From assembly GCF_031769215.1 (NCBI RefSeq), contig NW_026782091.1, positions 992,001 to 1,056,000 of the forward strand: a stretch of DNA of 64,000 bases. The letters run 5' to 3'. Below the pieces are notes generated by a model. It was given only the letters and a program-made list of their open reading frames with translations. It did not search any database and had not been told where the DNA came from. The number at the start of each line of letters is the position of its first letter. Positions within the stretch are counted from its first letter, which is position 1. A program made the translations under genes and the position numbers. This document shows positions 27,201 to 39,575 of this stretch, one piece after another. Origin of the DNA: Ylistrum balloti. Its lineage: Eukaryota.

Positions 27201-28163
27201 GATATGTGGCTTTGCTATATGCAAACCAGTGAAAATTGGTCCGCCATCAACAACACATGAACCAAACGAACGTAACACGGAGACGAATTCGAAACAGGAA
27301 AGTTATATAAAATCGTTGAGGTCGTTGATATCAAACAAAGTTTATTTAACACATGTGGTGGCTTTGTGTTGTACACTTCCAGTTATAAATTCTTTTTTGA
27401 CATTCTTTATTGATTTTCTTGAAATAAAAGGATTAGACTCTGAAACAGCAGTGCTACTGTATCTTTATTCACAATTAGGGATGACGATTTCTGGAATCCT
27501 TCCTGGTTTGTGTGAAAAGTATATCTACCACTGCAGTGACCTTCTTCTATCTGCTTTTTTCACGATGATCGGATCGATTGCTTTTGCTTTACTTCCTAAT
27601 GGAGAAACTTATGCACATTACCTTGTCCTGGTTATAATTTTGGGAATGACGGTGGGCGTTAGCGTGACCACCATCTCCATGACAACTTTGAAGCTTGTAG
27701 GAATACTGGACTACTCCGCAGCAATGGGAGTATTAATGACAGCAATGGGGATATCTAATACGATATCGGCGCCTATTGCAGGTAATGTTTGTCTACGAAG
27801 TAACTAATTCGATATAACTGTAGTATTTCATTTGCATAGCATTTTCCATCCCACTAAAAAGCATCAATGGCATGACGGAGACTTTATGGAAAGACTCTCG
27901 TCCATTCATGTTAAAATCAAGTTATTCTCTACGTGTTTGCACTCTTTTATATTGAAGAATTATTGCATACGTTGCTGTACAAACATTAACTGTACAAGTG
28001 TCTTGTCTATATTACAGGATTGTTTATTGATCTGACAGGGTCCTACACCAAACCACTTTACGGAATGTCGGCATCTCTCGGATTCGCGACCTGTATGTTG
28101 GTGTTTGCTGCTGCACTAAAACGAAAAATATCGAACAACAATAATTCAGAAAACGAATCTTAA
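24256..28163 (+). CDS. SLC16/monocarboxylate-transporter-like MFS protein (12 TM); at least 4 exons, start codon not located
   Basis: Exons: about 24256-24464, 25371-25514, 26999-27781, 28018-28163 (TAA). The three phase-1 GT-AG introns keep the frame open. Motifs RYGVRSTGIIG (MFS motif A-like), YFEEDSKLA and FGWRGSLLILGG match the SLC16 pattern; 12 hydrophobic segments. The frame upstream of 24256 hits a stop (24200) without an ATG, so an upstream exon is required. Confidence 0.82.
25716..25890 (+). mobile_element. MITE-like dispersed repeat (ttcgtgg...cacgaaaat type) in MCT intron 2
   Basis: Internal inverted motifs gatttcgtgga / ttcacgaaaat; about 75% identical by eye, inverted, to 19610-19790. 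Confidence 0.5.
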
Positions 28164-28309
28164 ACAGAACATGTTTTTATAATCAGCTACCTTCACTAAA
28201 AATAAGCAATGTGAAATTTATTGACCACGTACATCGTATATACCTACCAGAATTAGAAATCAAGGACACGACAGACTCCTCAACATCGGCAGCTTATCTC
28301 GATCTTTTC

Positions 28310-28480
28310 CTTGAACGAAACCTACAGTAACAGCTTTCCACCAAGCTGTACGATAAGCGTGAGGATTTGAATTTCTCTAATGTCAATTTTCCATTTCCGG
28401 ACAGCCACATTCCAGCATCCTTACCCTATGATTTAACATATCGCATTTGATTCGATATTTAAGAATAAAATCATATAAAT
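28310..28480 (+). mobile_element. Penelope-like element RT fragment (right arm, paralog of 18530-18790)
   Basis: Translates KLYDKREDLNFSNVNFPFPDSHIPAS; lies just downstream of the MCT stop codon. Confidence 0.72.
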
Positions 28481-29306
28481 TTATATCCATGCATTTTCAA
28501 TGAACAAATGTTATCCATGTATGAAATAAGTTCTTAAAAGCATATTGTACAGGGAATATGGCTTCACTCGCAAATACAAGTTTTCATTTCCATCACTTTA
28601 CTCTAAAAAAGTTATAGAGCGTCTATTGTTTCGATTAGCAGCATGGAATCAAATATTGTAAGCTGACTAGATGTATAACCACTGTAGAACAAACAATTTC
28701 TTGAAACTAAAAAAAGCTAGTTTTGTTTAACATTTCATGTATAGACTGCAATCAATTTCCAAGAACTAGTATAACATTTTTAATAGATACAACACGAATA
28801 ATAAATTGTAACAATATATTAAATGTATATTATTACTACAATGTTTCAATCGTATTGGTTTTCTTTCCTTACGCTATTGCTATATTCTGCAACCATTTCC
28901 AAATTCATGATCAAATTAATTACTATTGTTGTTAAAGTGACATATTTCAATGTCTTTATATATATATATATAGTCATATGGGAGACTTTGCTGGTATCAT
29001 ACAGAAGATGTAAAATAATTTCTCGTCCTATAATTTTGAATGATGTATTAAATTGTTGGTTTTATATTTTGTTATTTAATGATCCACTGAAGTTTTATTC
29101 AGCCATTGACATATAAAACAAATCTATGTTCATCTTTATTCAGCTAAAATATTGGTGTGAGAGAGCTGATTAAGCAAAGTATCTGATTTTACTAAATCAT
29201 ATTATTACTAAGAGAAGGATATCGGTGGGAAAGTTTCAAAATGTGGTTAATTTACTATAGGTTATTAATATTAAAATATTGATAAGATTGTAATATTATT
29301 ATGTCA

Positions 29307-29438
29307 NNNNNNNNNNNNNNNNNNNNNNNNNNNNNNNNNNNNNNNNNNNNNNNNNNNNNNNNNNNNNNNNNNNNNNNNNNNNNNNNNNNNNNNNNNNNNN
29401 NNNNNNNNNNNNNNNNNNNNNNNNNNNNNNNNNNNNNN
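29307..29438. other. Assembly gap (132 N)
   Basis: Run of n. The flanks map to left-arm 17510 and 17240, so the arm is collinear across the gap. Confidence 0.99.
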
Positions 29439-29749
29439 AGTACATTATATATACAAAGTATATGACGGCTTAGTTGATACTTGTGATCATGTACAAATTA
29501 CAGTATGCAATGATGTCGAGTAACGTTTATCCAAATTTGACTCTTGTTACAGTAGATTCCACGAAAGTAAATACTACAATAAGTATTACTAAATTTGATA
29601 TATTTTGAAAAGTTTAAAGGTAACTGTACTGAGGAATTTAAAAAAGAATCTTTACATTACTGAGTTTTACAAATAAAACTTCTTAATACAACTAATCTTT
29701 GTGATACTTTTCAATATATGATCAACATGGATATTCATGTGCCATGTTT

Positions 29750-30235
29750 ATATGAACTAATATCAGATAAAGTGATATTTTTAATTGCCATCGGATTGTA
29801 TTTTCTGTGTTGATTTCTTTTCTATCAATAATAATAGTATTTACATCGACAGTTGGGTTTACGTCTACTATATACAAGGCGGTGTCATCAGCGAAGAGTT
29901 TTATTTTACAATCGATATCCTTCACTATATCATTAATGTTTAGTTAGAAAAAAGAGAGCCTGAAATTAAACCTTGAGGTACCCCTGCTGTGATCTTTTTT
30001 TCAATCTGAAGAATAGCTATTTACAACGACTTTTTAAATTTCTATCAGACGAATGATTTTTAATGAAGATAATGGTTTTCCAGAAATACTGGCTACTTTT
30101 AATTTATGTATATGACCCCTGTGGCTAACCCGATCAGGCGCTTTACTTCTGACACAAAATACAGCTTTGATTTCCTTACCCGCATCTGAAGCCCTCCCAA
30201 TATCGTTCGTAAAAAGTTGGTCAATTGACTTTTGT
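29750..30235 (-). mobile_element. Decayed CR1/L2-group LINE reverse-transcriptase core fragment
   Basis: Minus-strand translation with stops: GKEIKAVFCVRSKAPDRVSHRG...ITAGVPQGLISGSLF..NINDIVKDIDCKIKLFADDT. It matches the non-LTR RT motifs D.SKAFD.V.H, GVPQG and LFADDT. Confidence 0.88.
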
Positions 30236-31772
30236 TTGACATTTATTTAAAAAAAAACAAAAAAACAAAAAAACACGTGTACCTATGTTTAAAATACATC
30301 TTTCCATTAACTTGCCAAGAAATCTTATCAAAGGTATAGGTTTATGATTTAAAACAATTGATTTATTATTTTTTTTAAAGACTGTTGTGACATTTGCTGC
30401 TATACAACACAGTAGATTAACTTATTAAGACATATGTAAGAACTTAAACCACAGACCCCGTTTTTGCTTCCTTAGTAATTCTAGGACTCATATTATCTGG
30501 ACCTGAAGGCTTTGAAATATCTAACATGATTTAACGTCTTTAACATCCTGCTCAGAAATAACAATATTTTAAAGTTTATTTGAATTGGTATGGTATCATC
30601 GGGTAATGTGACATTAGAGTCATTAATGGAAGATTGACCTAGTTATTGAATAGTTCTGTTCTTTGTTTATTTTCCTCATAATTTGTATAATCAAGTATCA
30701 GAAGAGATATACTATAAACACAGGATTTTTGCCAAATTCTACAAAGTTAAAACTGCATTTGTTTACATTTAACCCGAGCCGCTATCTTAGTTTCGCCTGG
30801 ACCTCTCATTCAAAACGTGTCAAACCAGTCACCGAAAATTCGGTAGCTTGTTAAAGGCCCCTGCTGTCCATATGACGGTACAAATATCGGCTCGTATGTC
30901 TACATGTGATATGTATGTGATAATTTATATAATAATATAGTTCATACTTGATTAACTAAATCCAGTTTCAAATCATGTATCCATAATTATTGTAGACTGG
31001 CCGGTTACGACTAGCAAAACTGATATAAAGAATGGCACAAACGTCTATTTACAAGATTCAAGACAGCACTCACAACTCACATGCCTCCGAAAATGACTAA
31101 AATCCGCTAAATCTCTCGAAAGTCAATCCAACAATATTTGACACAGGGACACATAGGACCAAATAATAGATATGTCCACTGATGTACCTGCGATAGGAAA
31201 ACTGGACCAAATATGTTATTGCACATCTGTTTCACGATTATTGAAAGTGTGGTATATGGTTTATTTATCTATGATATGAAAAAAGTATCTATTTTCTAAT
31301 TAAACCGCATTTGACACATCTATTTCTATCATGTACAGATACACTCGTATGTAACACTTCATGGTTCCCTATACGAACCCTTCAACCCAGGTTCGGTGAT
31401 CTTATGCCCATAAGGGTCTTACAAATTGGAAACGTGAGGTATCTGGCTAAAGAGCATGAAGACTGAAATAAAGTTCAATATATTTTATTAACATCAACAA
31501 GTTTAAAGGAAAGATTTCAACAATAGAGAATAAAAGGACAACTTCCTCACATTACACTCTATCATTTACACCCAACACATAACTCCCACTTGATAACATA
31601 TAGCTATTCTAGCGACTACAAGGCTCACTCCTTCTAAGAATGTTAGTAGAGACAGCGGCTACATCACGCTTTGGACTTGAGTTAAGAAGAATCCTATATG
31701 TTCTTAGCTCTAACTTCTAACTAAAATAGACTGCAGCCCCTACACACTGTACCTAACGCTACTGGAATGAGG

Positions 31773-31791
31773 GAGAGAGAGAGAGAGAGAG
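31773..31791. repeat. (GA)n microsatellite
   Basis: gagagagagagagagagag, seen directly. Confidence 0.9.
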
Positions 31792-32799
31792 CAGACAAAT
31801 TCACGAGGACTTTACAACCGACGGACGAGCTATAGAAATACACCGGTTTTTCATAGACAGAAACGGCAAATCGCACGTGCTGATTTCCCTCGAAATATTA
31901 AACACTGACTAAATGAAAACATAAGAAATAGTCCGAGTTCCAAAGCTTCTATGTTCCGAGAGTACCAAAGTCAAACAACCAAGATGGCGGACTACATGAG
32001 GGAGATGACCGAATATCTCATATGTCTAATGGATTGGGATATTACCCACTCAAATCCAATATTTATCGACTACTTTAACCTGTTTCTCGTTTTATATCAA
32101 ATTTCCTCTGAATATGTAAGGATGCTTTCTTGTCTATCGCGTAGAAGATGTACAGAAATGAATACAACTCAGTGTAGATTTGAAGAAAATGTCAAATAAC
32201 AAATAAAAATTCAGTTCGATTGTGGAATCAGGACTCGCACGGCCGTCTGCTGACTGATCAATTATCAGTTAGGGCTGTATGAGGAGATCATGTAGGTAGT
32301 ATGGTATAATATGAATTTACAGCACGGCGTATACAAGACACATAGAGAATGAGATGCAGATTATATTATATCATTGGTAAATTATTTAATACCTTCAGGC
32401 ATATATTTCCCCAGAGTCTAACACGGTCTTCACAATAAATTTTTCCAATAGTATTTTTCATGTACTATTTTTCCTTAACTTTATATGTATTCAAGAATTT
32501 AAAAGAAAGAAATAGTAATGCATATATTACAGAATCGTCTAGACCTTGGAGTACTAGCATATCGACCAACTTCAAACAAATCTCGGTGCAGATTCACGTA
32601 TTTTAGTTATAAGAATTCTACCTTTAAAGGACTAATATACATAGATACTGAAAATGGTAAAGTAATCACGTCAGTAAGGTGTTTATAAATGTTGAAGATA
32701 TGTTGTCAGCCTTGGTCAAAGATTTGCTGTCTGATAAATAGTAATATATTGGTAATATTAATGTCAAACATTAGTTCTCTTTTCCATACATATCCGAAA

Positions 32800-33230
32800 C
32801 CAAATTAAAAACAAATATTTTTTTTGTTTTACAAAAATAACACATTTTAAACAGCTCTTGTATTTCCATACCTAAAAAATCATATGCATGATTCAAAATA
32901 CAATTTCCTGACATAAATAATTTAAACCAGTATCTAATTATTCTAAATTTCCGGTAATATTCAAGTGGAAAATGATCCAGTTCACAAAATACCATAGAAT
33001 TTGAGGTAGATAAAAAAAATGTTTGTAATTTTTCAAAATGTGCACGAACCTTTTCAGTATCATTTGCCCTTGATGATCCCAATATCTGTCATCCATAATT
33101 AAAAATGATGCCAACATACCTATCAAACGGCGAAGCATAGTTTCAATATTGAAGCTCACATTACTGCATTTTTTAAACAGTGTAAACATTGTTTTTCTAC
33201 CTTAGTTAGAGAGTCTCCTTTAAGATTTGC
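32800..33230 (-). mobile_element. Decayed non-LTR retrotransposon (L2/Crack/Daphne-like) ORF2 C-terminal fragment
   Basis: FDRYVGIIFNYG*QILG..NDTEKV...STSNSMVFCELDHFPLEYYRKFRIIRYWFKL..GNCIL resembles the NYGCEIWG...VYCELGRFPL...RIIKYW pattern downstream of the RT core. Confidence 0.7.
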
Positions 33231-36200
33231 ACGTGATTTCACTTTTCATATAAAGATTTAGTTGAATTTAAAAGTGTTCCTGGTATTCCTTATCTTCTTA
33301 GTCAAACAGTTGCATATAAAAATTTGTTGTTGCCGAAAAAAAATGGTATACTCGCGCGTGTCCTCACATATGTGAGGGCCCTCGGCCAATGAAAAGCACG
33401 TATACATTTCTACTTGTAGGGGGGCGTGGTCTGATGACATATTGAAATTTGCATTGATATACTTAGTACAGATGTTAATAAAGACGGACTAAGCAAAAAT
33501 AATCAAAAACTGTTAAGTGCGATTGAGGAATCATAAGTTGCATGGTCGTTAGCTAGTGTCGGGGAATGGCAAGAATCTGCAGTCAAAATGTGCTCTAATG
33601 CAAGAATGTTTATGTCATTGATTGAGGCAACCGACCATTTAAATGACATAGAAATAAGAACAAATGCACAATTTTATACATCGAAAAGACTTCTGAATTT
33701 CGATACGAAGCGTAAGTAGATATTCTTTAATTACTAGGGGATTTCACGATGAGCGCTATGGAATTTTGATGTCATAAATGTCAAAGTTTGATATTGACCG
33801 ATTTTTCCTCGCGTTGAAAACGTTTTAAAGCCTATCATTGATTAAATTTTAGCCACACATATCCGTTGAAGTGTTCATTGTATTTCTGATTTTTGCTTGA
33901 ACTTATCCATGATAGTATTCTTGTATCTTATCGCATGGTATCGTTTATTTAAACACCATAGCGTATTCACTTCCCATTTCTTAAAAGATTTGAAAAAACC
34001 GTAACATTGTTAAGATGGAAATGTAATGACCGGAAAGTTAAATGGTAATTTAATTGCTGTTTCAGATATTTTAACAATTATAAACTTATTATAAATTTCA
34101 GGGCTGTCAGGGCACCTAGCTCGGTAAACGTGTGAATCCCGCAGGTGAGGTAAAGGGAGGCTGAATTTTACTTCATGCATATTTTCATGATAATTGTTTG
34201 ATTGTTTATTTGTTATGCAAAAGTATAATGATAGCATCCTTCGTGCAACTTGTCAATTCCACCGTAGGCATCTGAGCTAAACACACATGCCTACGGTCAC
34301 CTGTACTGTATCCGAGAGTAACGAACATGTAGGCATAAAGAAGCAGTAACGCGAAAGTATTTTATATACTTTTGAATTGGTTATCATTTACTAGTTTTTT
34401 AAACGGAAAAAGTTTTCATTAAACATGAAAAATAGCGCATCATTCACTCATATGTTACCTTCGTTCGTCTCTCCTTCAATAAATTTATGTGATTTAGACA
34501 ATTGCCGTAGAATTTAAAATAAGCCAATAACTAACTTTACCAAAATGAAATTCTTTTCCACTAAGTCTCAAAGTTTTGTCTGTAACTTTCGGTCTTATAA
34601 GCGAACATTATATGTTTATGAGATACATGAATCTGTGTAATCGCTGTTAGCTATGTACATCTTTTTAATTTCCTGTTAGAAGAACCATATCAAAGGCAGA
34701 AAAAAGAGAAGTGAATAAAAAAGTAAAGAGAAAAAATAGAAACAATAACTAAGGATATATAGTTGTCCATCAGACGTATAGGAATAATAACTAGGAATAT
34801 ATAGGAAATAAGGAATATAAGGAGTAAATCGTAATGTAGTTTACAAAGATGTATTTCATTCAATTAGATACAGATTGATTTATCAACATAGTGACTTGAA
34901 TAAGTAATTAAGGCGAATACGTATCAGAGAGTGAAAACTGAAAATGAAAAAAATAAATGATAAGATAAAACGTACATGTTGTGGGAATTTGAAAATATGT
35001 TAAATAATTTTTTTATTATAGTATTTAATGATAACATGAATTGTAAATGGGAAAATGATCGTAAGAAATATTATAAATGACGTTGCAGGACCATATTACG
35101 ACAGAATCCGTATTAGCCCGAGGAAAAAAAAAAGTTTAAAAAAAAGCTAGAGTGTCCAGCTAAAATAGTGAAACACGTACTTGCTGTTTGCAATGCCTCA
35201 AAGGTCAGTATTTGTTGTTGTTACTACTTAAAATCAAGATAGTATTTGTTAAAAATTAATGGAAATGAAATCATTTCGAAAATTTAATCATATAAGATAT
35301 AATGTATTATTCAAAATACATATGGATCAGGCGTAAGGCAGTTGTGTTTGCGTGAGAATGTGTGTGCGAGGATGTATTGGTGCGGACGTATGTGTTCCTC
35401 ATACCAACACTAGTATTGTGTGTCCGTCGAAGGGAAGAGAAAACAATGTAATTTCAATATTCATTTTGTATGACATGGTAGGCTACAAGTACATACGATA
35501 GAAAGTAAAAAAAAAACTAGAAAATGAATCAGAATTTTGAAAGATTTTTGTATTTTATCACCATGAGGTACACAATCAAACATCGGGCAAGGTATGTGAT
35601 TGATGTTATTGTGTCTTATGTTTTTTTGTTTAAATCTTGTTCCTTCGTATGTCCGTACAATTGTTTCTTGAAGTGTTAATTTGTTTTATATTAAACTTGA
35701 GATAATTAAGGGTAATTGTGTAAAGGATTTGTTAATAAACGTACTTGTCACTATTATATGAGTTGTAGTGTTTGCAGGGACTTCAAAGAGAGAAAAACAT
35801 GTTTCAAAATGAATGTTTATATTTGTCAGGTATTATAAAAGAAATATCATACGTTACACACTTGAACATATATGTTTCCTTAAGGACATTTTTATTTTAT
35901 TTTACAGATTCGTGTATAGAGGTCAGTTTTATAGGTCTTTGCTTCCAGGCAAGATATCGGATACAGTACTATTTCAATAAAGAAATAACGTTGTTACGTT
36001 GTCTGTTGAAGGTATAATGAAAGCCGGAGACGGTCGTAGAAGGCTCAGTGATAGTGTAATAATTTGGCTCTACTGTATCTAACTCTAAATTTTTATTGAA
36101 AGGTGATATTCACTTGTGTGTCTTTCAAATAACCTTAATATATGTTTGAGTGTGCACATTAACTTCCTCTTTACAACAAATATACAGAACAAAACGAATA

Positions 36201-39200
36201 CATAGGTATTGAGAAATAATTTGTTTACAAGAACTGTAATACATTCATCCTGGTTTGCTATGTATATATTTTGCCCTAGTTTTAATGAATTTGAGTTCGG
36301 ATTATGATGTTGACATGTTGGCAATTTCTTGATATGCTATATAAAAAAAAAATATTGAATATTGAAAGATATTGAAATATTGCAACTAAACATAGAGTAA
36401 ATATGGAGAATAAGTAGTACGATTGTTTTATGCATTGCGATAATATTTTCGCAGTGAATCCCATTCCTTCCTTCTGGTCCTACAAACAGGCAACGCTATG
36501 TTCTAGGATTGTAGCCTGTTTGATAGCACTTTTAACATCACCAAATACCATGTCCATGTCTACCAGATTGTAGTACAAACAAATGTGGGACACATACCAG
36601 TTGGATTGATAATAACAGAAACGGTATTTGGTTTATGTTTGGTAATATTCAATGCAGGAATGTCAATGTAATGTTACATTTCATATAAATAACTCAAAGA
36701 AAGAAATTATATTTCAAAAGATTTCGCTATAAAAAAACCTATCATGCTACAAAAGAATAACGAAGCTAGTGTAAGCGGACACGTATCAAACTTTCGCCGT
36801 TTTATGTACATATTAGGTCACATTATCGTCCACTTACTGCTGAGCAGCATTATTTTAATAAAAGCTACCGTCCCTCTGTCCGTTTGGTATTGTATATTGT
36901 TTCTTTATTGAATAAATATTCTTTTTTCTTTTTTGAATGAGCAATGAAAGAATGACGGATATTAACATCCAAAGTCAATAAAATGCTAAGGTGAAAAAAA
37001 AGAATGTAATTAAATGCTTTATATATTATTGTACAATGTGGCAATTGAGTGTCCGTCTTCCCCTACTGTTCATGCTACTTCTTGCTAAAAAGTGTTTGAT
37101 TGTGAGTTGTTTTCAATTTGTCAGCAAAGCCGTTTAAGGTCAATTATAAAAACAATAAAAACAACCTCGTACAGTTCAAAACACAACAAATTTGATAACG
37201 GGAATGGTTGAAAAATGTTATCTAATACAAACGTAAATGCAGTAAATTTTACGTTTGATCAAAGTAGTATAACATGTGATATAAGAATTCAGGGCAAAAC
37301 GAAAAAGTATAATGTCTGCCCTCATGTAGACACAAAACCGCTTCTTCGGGAAATACAAATAAAAAACACTTTCATGAGAACTTTTACCTGTGTAAAATAA
37401 AAGTTTTGAAGAAAAATTCAACTTTCAAGTAAGTCAAATTGGTATGCAAATTCTACAACATGGTCGAAATTCCGCATGCCGGTAACTGAGAGCATAGTCA
37501 GTGTTTCGGATTTGTTGTCAGATTTTTAAGATATTATTATTCGTTTTGTAAGTTATTGGTTTACTGCTTACATAATGAAGATATATATCATATTGCCGAC
37601 GATAATCAGTCCTATAATGCGTCTGTTAGAATCTTCATTGTTCTATTTGTTTTAGATTTCATATTTAGATCAACCCTCACGCCTATTTTCTCGCCGTTAA
37701 AGTTCTACCTACGAGTCATTACTGTGTCAATCTGTAAAAGAAGGTTTAAATGTAAAACATCATATACAATTACAACAGCTGTTCCTATATTTTCTGTTAA
37801 AGTCTTTATTATCCTCGAGCATGATGATTTTTATTGAAGTCGAGAAATAAAAGTTATATTCCAAATGAAGAATGACTTCAGCTTTGCGTTTTAGATATAT
37901 AAGTAGCTTAGGTATTTGTATGATATGTGAGCTAGCTATATCTATTTCGTTAATAAAAAGGTTTTACTATACCTCATGGAATTTGAACTTGAATTTATAT
38001 ACATTTGTTTTTCTCTTTTTCTTCTTCTTCTTCTTTTTATTTTTTGTTCCATTATCTGGTGAATATATTTGATGATATTTTCATTAGTTGCAAACAATAT
38101 TTATATTTAATGTCAAGAAACATTGTGAATGCTAGGAATATGGCAGATTACGAAGAACTGAAAGAAGCCTTGACATCATCTGCTTTAATGAAGAAACCCA
38201 AGCTGGCAAAATATTTAATTAATTATTGATAGGATATTCCAGAGGTACGATATTATCCTCTTAGAAAATGACTCCTCTGACATGTTAAAAGCTTATTGTG
38301 TGGCCAGAACTTTCATTTTCATTAAATGAATATTTATTTTATTTTCATTCATTTAACGGTGTAGGTTTTACGCAGAACCTTGTTATTTTTGACTGGTCAC
38401 ATTCAACAGTTGAACTAAGCTTCTGACATCGACATATCGATATGTGATTACAGAATTAAAGGAAAAAGTTTATGAATCGATTGTGATTTGGTGCTCTTTA
38501 ATTTACTTTTTTTAAGAACTGCATTTATATCCAAGATATATTCTCACAGAGTTTCTCGTTTAACAGATATCTTCCAATTTCCCTAAAATATTTCACATTG
38601 ATAGAAAGTGCATTTAACTTGAAAAGAATGTTTTTCGACTTAGTGCTCCAGAAAAACATCACATTATGTGAAAGATTTGTACAATACAATTTTATCACAT
38701 ACAAAATTGGCCATACAATGAATATAAATCTGAACAGTATAGTTAATAACTCCTATTAGATGAAGCTAGGGACCATTATCGTTGAAATCCAGAATAGAAA
38801 TCAAGAAATTGTACTAAACACACACAGGTGAATTACACATTTCAATAGCATATCTCAACACATAATAAGAAACAGAATAACGGCTGCATTTACCTTTTAT
38901 TTTAATTGTTTTCGTAAATTTTGATAAAATAAAAACGGACAAACAAACATTTCCAAATCTAACTAGTATATGACGGTTCCAAGGTGAAGATTAATTCAAT
39001 AACATTTACCTCATTTGTCCTGAAAACACTTTTCAGTAATGCCATATATTTCTAACAGACACGAACACAACTTTATATATAAGAAGTGAAGCAGTGCAAT
39101 GGGAGATGTTGCCGGGCTTATGTTAAGAATAATAATTAAAAAATACATATCGTATAGTATAACAATTGCGATATATGTTTGTATGTGCTTTAATATTATT

Positions 39201-39247
39201 TCACATGCAATTAAATTATAATAAAGTATACCAATTGTATAGTGTGA

Positions 39248-39575
39248 TAATGGACATCACCCAAATATCCTTAGTGATTGTTCCTATCCGTCTAATTGAC
39301 ATCTCCGATATATCCTTAGTTATTGTTCCTGTCCGTCTAATGGACATCCCCTATATAAACTTAGTTATTGTTCCTTTCCCCTTAATTGACATCCCCTACA
39401 TATACTTAGTTATTGTTCCTATCCGCCTAATGGACATCCCCTATATATACTTAGTTATTGTTACTATCCGCCTAATGGACATCCCCTATATATACTTAGT
39501 TATTGTTCCTATCCGTTTAATGGACAGCTTCGATATATCCTTAGTTATTGTTCCTATCCGTCTAATGGACATATC
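39248..39575. repeat. 45-bp minisatellite, about 7.3 copies
   Basis: Unit ttagttattgttcctatccgtctaatggacatcccctatatatac, starting at 39271, 39316, 39361, 39406, 39451, 39496 and 39541. Confidence 0.95.

Noticed and set aside
32623-33224. Kolobok-like element bounded by TTAA
   Set aside because: Terminal inverted match is only 4-5 bp, compatible with chance in AT-rich DNA.
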